Source: Minisyncoccota bacterium
GTDB lineage: Bacteria > Patescibacteriota > Minisyncoccia > UBA6257
Assembly: GCA_028695015.1 (NCBI GenBank)
Contig: JAQVJR010000002.1
Location: 706 to 64,705 of the forward strand
DNA: 64,000 nt
Direction: 5' to 3'
Shown: in pieces, positions 60,164-64,000 of the stretch
Layout of the letters: the number at the start of each line of letters is the position of its first letter
Position numbering within the stretch: position 1 is the stretch's first letter
The notes under the pieces: generated by a model
Told to the model about the DNA's origin: nothing
Seen by the model: only the letters and a program-made list of their open reading frames with translations
The model's database searches: none
Translations under genes and position numbers: made by a program

Positions 60164-61189
60164 CTAACAATAGGGATTAAAATCTGGATGTTTTATTAAA
60201 TAATCTTTCAAGTAATTTAATGCTTTATCATTGTATTTCGGCAAACCATTGCCGGAACGGCTAATTTTAATTTTAGTACAATAGTCAAGATCTTCAATTA
60301 TATTTAATTTTCTTACCATTCTTGATATAAAAGACCTATTTTTATTTAACTTTTCAGATAAGTCGGTCGTAAAATATGGATAATCAATATTTAGATCCGT
60401 CTTTTTTATCAAAACAGGAGCCAAAGGATCTTTTGTTTTTTTAATTTCTATTTCGGGCTTATACCCTCGTGCTACGACAACAGGTATAAATCTTATATCC
60501 TCTTGCTTCATTATATAATCATAAATGCTCAAATGACGACTAATTCTAGATTTTCGAGGCAATTTCCTTATGCTTTCCTTCCACTTATCATAACTTTTCA
60601 TTCTCCCACTTGTTTTCTTTTCACTAAATTCACAAGCCCTATCAAGCAAATATAATAGTTTATTATTTTTATTTCCTAATAGTTTTGAATTAGATAAAAG
60701 CTTAGACACTTTATGTGAATAAAAAGTAAATTCCTTAAAAGAAATCGCCAAAAAATTTTTATCAAAATCTGAAAAATATGTTTTAAATTTTTCTTTCAAA
60801 ATTCTATGAAAAGTATATAGCGAAAAATACAAAAGATGAATAATAATTTCTTGATCTATCTTTGGTAAAATTCCATGCAACGCTTCATTTCTCAATGAAA
60901 TAGTTTGTTGCATTGTTTTATTTTCTTCTAAACTCAGTAATTTTAATTGGTGAAATAATTTATTAACTGCCTTTTCTACTGTTATCGTAGTTCCATCACT
61001 ATTGTAGATATTGATTTTATTTCGTATCAACAATCCTTTTGCTAATAACTCCCAAGATTGTGAATTAAAAATTAAAGCTGCTTGGTTAGAATGCTCTGAA
61101 TCAATTCGATTAAACATTTCAATGCTTAATTTAGCAGCTTTTATTGAAGTTAGGACATGATAGCGATACTTTGGGACAGGATTTACCAT
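60164..61189 (-). CDS. Hypothetical protein with HEPN-like Rx4H motif (Abi-like candidate RNase)
   Basis: SLRNEALHG (R-N-x3-H) about 100 aa from the N-terminus in a predicted helical region. C-terminal half unknown with a possible HTH. Confidence 0.3.
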   Translation of the reverse strand: MVNPVPKYRYHVLTSIKAAKLSIEMFNRIDSEHSNQAALIFNSQSWELLAKGLLIRNKINIYNSDGTTITVEKAVNKLFHQLKLLSLEENKTMQQTISLRNEALHGILPKIDQEIIIHLLYFSLYTFHRILKEKFKTYFSDFDKNFLAISFKEFTFYSHKVSKLLSNSKLLGNKNNKLLYLLDRACEFSEKKTSGRMKSYDKWKESIRKLPRKSRISRHLSIYDYIMKQEDIRFIPVVVARGYKPEIEIKKTKDPLAPVLIKKTDLNIDYPYFTTDLSEKLNKNRSFISRMVRKLNIIEDLDYCTKIKISRSGNGLPKYNDKALNYLKDYLIKHPDFNPYC

Positions 61190-61259
61190 AAAACTATTTT
61201 TTGAAAATCAAAATATTAAAATTCTAAATTAAATAATAATTATATCAAATTAGTTTTAT

Positions 61260-61799
61260 TTAATTACTTTCAATCACGGTTTTTAAAAGTGCTTTATTAT
61301 ATAAATTACCTTTTTGAATTTCATTAATTATTGACTGGTCCAATAAAAGATCAACGACTGCGAATTGAAGATCAGAGTTAAATTGATCTATAAGCCGAAT
61401 GGTTTCCTTCATATCATCTATTGATGCCGAATCTGAGTCTAATTTTAAATATGATTGACCTAATAAAATAGAATCTTTAGCTAGTTTATTTAATTGTTCC
61501 ATGCCTTCGTGGCATGATAAAGTAGACGACTTCCATTTATGCCCATAGTTTATACAATTTATTTCAGAAATATCATTAATTATTTTTTGGCCAAAATTAA
61601 TCATTTCATCCCCTATTTCACTCAAAGAACCCAATACTTCTTTTTCTATTGTGTCTATATAGTGCTCAGCTTGTTGTTGAGTTAATCCTGTTTCTTTTGC
61701 AAAATTCTTAATAATATCTTGCTGGTTAATTGTATAAACAGCCCCACCAATGATTATTGTAACAATTGTTCCAATTATAGCTCCTTTTACATTGTTCAT
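61260..61799 (-). CDS. Membrane-anchored hypothetical protein
   Basis: Single N-terminal TM plus a 150-aa soluble domain. No motif. Confidence 0.3.
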   Translation of the reverse strand: MNNVKGAIIGTIVTIIIGGAVYTINQQDIIKNFAKETGLTQQQAEHYIDTIEKEVLGSLSEIGDEMINFGQKIINDISEINCINYGHKWKSSTLSCHEGMEQLNKLAKDSILLGQSYLKLDSDSASIDDMKETIRLIDQFNSDLQFAVVDLLLDQSIINEIQKGNLYNKALLKTVIESN

Positions 61800-62021
61800 A
61801 ATATTCTTTATTAATTATTTAATTTTACTATATATTCAATTATATCATAATCCCATAACCCTCAGAATTAAAAAATAACTCTGTTTTTAACTTTACTATG
61901 GCTCAATTTAAAAATTAAAACATATTAGAGCCTTATTTTATAGATAAATAATTTCTATAAGAAGGAATGATAACTAAAGTTTTGAACTTTAGCTATCTAT
62001 TTAATTTAATACAGACACTAA

Positions 62022-62350
62022 TTACGCACTATTTTTAAGTTTTTTATCTCTTTCTTTCTTTTTTCCGTAACTGTGAGAGCTATCATCTAATTCTATTACT
62101 AATAAAAACTTTAAATTTTCCTTTTCTGTTAAAACAAAATCAACAAATTTTCTGTCTATTTTATTTCGGTATTTATAGTATTTTCTTTTTTTTGCTTTAA
62201 CAAAAAATAAATCAGACAAACTAACCTGAGAAAAAATGTAATATTTATCCTCTATTGCTTTTTCTAAGGCTCTGAAAAAATCTATTTCCGCTCTAGTTAA
62301 AAAATAATCCTTTTTAGTATATGGTAACTTTTTCTCTGCCTCACCTTCAT
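62022..62350 (-). pseudogene. DUF2726 (NERD-like nuclease-related) gene disrupted by a frameshift in an A5 homopolymer
   Basis: C-terminal ORF carries the DUF2726 core (LTRAEIDFFRALEKAIEDKYY...KFVDFVLTEKENLKFLLVIELDDSSH) but has no in-frame ATG/GTG. The only ATG (62348-62350) is in the +1 frame and runs 17 codons across an A5 tract (plus T5 at 62329-62333). Confidence 0.4.
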
Positions 62351-62424
62351 TTTGAATGTTGGCAGAATTTATATCGATTAAAAACTGATGTGCCGCTTTA
62401 AGCCAAAAGAATGGTCAGGCATGA

Positions 62425-64000
62425 TTAATCTTCTGCTATAATCAATTTATATCCCTCAAAATCTTTTGACTTTTCGTACTTGAATCGTTCAAAAATCTGA
62501 ATACGAACATGTTCACTCAGGTGCTCGCGTTGTTTCTGTTTATCCCCTATCTTTTTTAACCATTCTGGCGGTTTTTTAATAAATTCCTGCATCAATTCTT
62601 CATTTTCGGAAAAGGCCTGAATATTCATATAGAAAATATCCTCAATAGATTCTTCTTTCTCATTTGTATTGAGCGGAGATAGTTGAATAAGTTTTCCTAT
62701 TTTAGATTTATTCAAAATCAAAATCTGTTTATCAACCTTTCCATGGTATGTTTCGAAAACAGGAATTAATTTTTTATTAAATTCATACCAACCACTAAAT
62801 CCTTTTATATTAAGTTGCTCAACACTTTTTTTCCATTTCGGCTTGAAATTTTTTGAGCCTTCAAAAAACCGCCAGAGTGCAATATTTGTTGCGAAAATTA
62901 CTATATTATTTATATCTTCCATTCTCCTTAATATTGGCCCTAATTTCTCTTTGGTGATTTCTTTACAATTTTTTGCTATGTCATCGAGTAAATAGGAATC
63001 TTCACCAGAGGCAAGGCTATGTCCGTAATTTTCACCCCAACCAATATAATGAACATGCCAATCGTCAAAAAACAAAGCTTTATCATCAACAACATGAATC
63101 CCAAATCGATCTTTTTTGTCGGTTTTCTTTTTTGTTTTATCTTCATAAATAACGAAATACTTTTTAAAAATATCACGTAAATTTGCATCTTCATAAAAAG
63201 CCTTTACCACCTCTGTTTTAAATTCTTGAACTCGTTGTTGGGATATAACTTGTTTTTGTTTATATTTTGTTTCTTCTTGTTCTTGTGCTTTTTTTGCTTT
63301 AATAAGTAATTCTTTAAATATATTGGCTTTATTTATAGCATCATCATTCAAGATAAATCGCCAATTTTCAAAGCTTATTGTAATGTCTTCAAGAGTTTTT
63401 AATAAATTACTTTCGCTTTTTATTAAATCAGCTAAATTCCTTGAATGTGGTAATTTGATTTTTTTAACTTCTTTATCATCTTTCTCTGATAATAAAGAAA
63501 GCGATTTGACTGCGTAAAATTTTTCCAACTTCTCAAAAATTTGTATTAAGTGCACCTGCCCCATTCCTTTCTCAAATATTTCCCAATCAGCCCAGCCCCA
63601 AAAATCCTTCACCTCAAAGTTGTGTACGCAAGAAAATACATCGGTAAGTCGTTCTATTCTTGAAGGAATAGAGATTTGAATGATATTGTAAAATTCCTTA
63701 AGTAATATATCATCCTTGTTCTGTGATAATTTATAAAAAATCCAGCTTGCAAGACCAAAAAACATTTCATCTTTTTTATCCTTTAGAAAATCTGCAATTT
63801 TTTCTGCCTCTTTACTCTTATAGCGATTCATAATATCTAAATTCCTAAAAAGTTTTCCGGTGGTTGATAAATATGTCTTAAAACTTTCAATATCTCTTTC
63901 ATCAAATGAAACCTTGAGCAATCCTTGGAATATCTTTAGAATCGCACACGCAAAACTACGCACTTCTTCCTCTGGGTAATCTTCTTCTTTTTTTAGTTTT
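62425..64000 (-). CDS. Large hypothetical protein (more than 512 aa, N-terminus outside the window)
   Basis: Continuous ORF to the window edge. No recognisable motif. Confidence 0.4.
   Translation of the reverse strand, partial: KLKKEEDYPEEEVRSFACAILKIFQGLLKVSFDERDIESFKTYLSTTGKLFRNLDIMNRYKSKEAEKIADFLKDKKDEMFFGLASWIFYKLSQNKDDILLKEFYNIIQISIPSRIERLTDVFSCVHNFEVKDFWGWADWEIFEKGMGQVHLIQIFEKLEKFYAVKSLSLLSEKDDKEVKKIKLPHSRNLADLIKSESNLLKTLEDITISFENWRFILNDDAINKANIFKELLIKAKKAQEQEETKYKQKQVISQQRVQEFKTEVVKAFYEDANLRDIFKKYFVIYEDKTKKKTDKKDRFGIHVVDDKALFFDDWHVHYIGWGENYGHSLASGEDSYLLDDIAKNCKEITKEKLGPILRRMEDINNIVIFATNIALWRFFEGSKNFKPKWKKSVEQLNIKGFSGWYEFNKKLIPVFETYHGKVDKQILILNKSKIGKLIQLSPLNTNEKEESIEDIFYMNIQAFSENEELMQEFIKKPPEWLKKIGDKQKQREHLSEHVRIQIFERFKYEKSKDFEGYKLIIAED

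Noticed and set aside
62400-62430. Fusion of the 512+-aa ORF with the downstream DUF2726 domain by a single frameshift
   Set aside because: The upstream ORF hits TAA (62425-62427) before the DUF2726 frame begins. That frame has its own TGA at 62415-62417, so no single indel joins them. The break is better explained by a frameshift further downstream in the A-tracts.

Overview
The window is a strongly AT-rich, gene-dense bacterial chromosomal segment of about 70 genes, transcribed mostly on the minus strand. Its style suggests a small-genome, possibly CPR/Patescibacteria-like organism (weak or absent Shine-Dalgarno sequences upstream of many genes, short housekeeping proteins, many small membrane proteins). 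The standard genetic code applies, since TGA terminates fmt and the long ORFs are intact. Housekeeping content I can support: def(partial)-fmt; a membrane-anchored Amidase_2/PGRP protein; the three-gene AmmeMemoRadiSam cluster (AMMECR1, MEMO1-like, radical SAM); a SAM-I riboswitch in front of a short metK; an Elp3 homolog; queH-tgt-queA; trxB; murD; htpX-lemA; groES-groEL with a CIRCE-like element; hrcA-grpE-dnaK-dnaJ with a canonical CIRCE and two unknown membrane proteins embedded; cysS-dnaB-recR; rplU; tRNA-Glu; murF-ftsI-ftsL-rsmH-mraZ with phased MraZ-binding repeats; an RRM protein; xth; mscS; alr; a short sigma-70; peroxiredoxin; mscL; a P-type ATPase; and tRNA-Ser(GGA). Accessory or defence-like content: a type I R-M system with HsdM and HsdS fused in one ORF next to a compact HsdR; a Doc toxin/HTH antitoxin pair with a palindromic operator; an MNT-like wHTH-nucleotidyltransferase with an operator palindrome; an Mrr-domain membrane nuclease plus a mini-MGMT; a Cas4-like Fe-S nuclease, DUF2207 and stand-alone GGDEF operon; and a 3' cluster of unknowns (DUF488, an HExxH protein, an Rx4H/HEPN-like protein, a frameshifted DUF2726, and a large novel ORF running off the window). 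The features not explained by gene calls are RNA/regulatory: two tandem, near-identical promoter-hairpin-U-tract units downstream of a DUF134 gene (candidate paired sRNAs or attenuators); a three-hairpin terminator-like leader in front of trxB, divergent from murD; a promoter-plus-terminator mini-unit at 9.57-9.66 kb (candidate sRNA); and an operon of micro-ORFs encoding tiny hydrophobic peptides. No rRNA, CRISPR array, transposase or integrase was seen.
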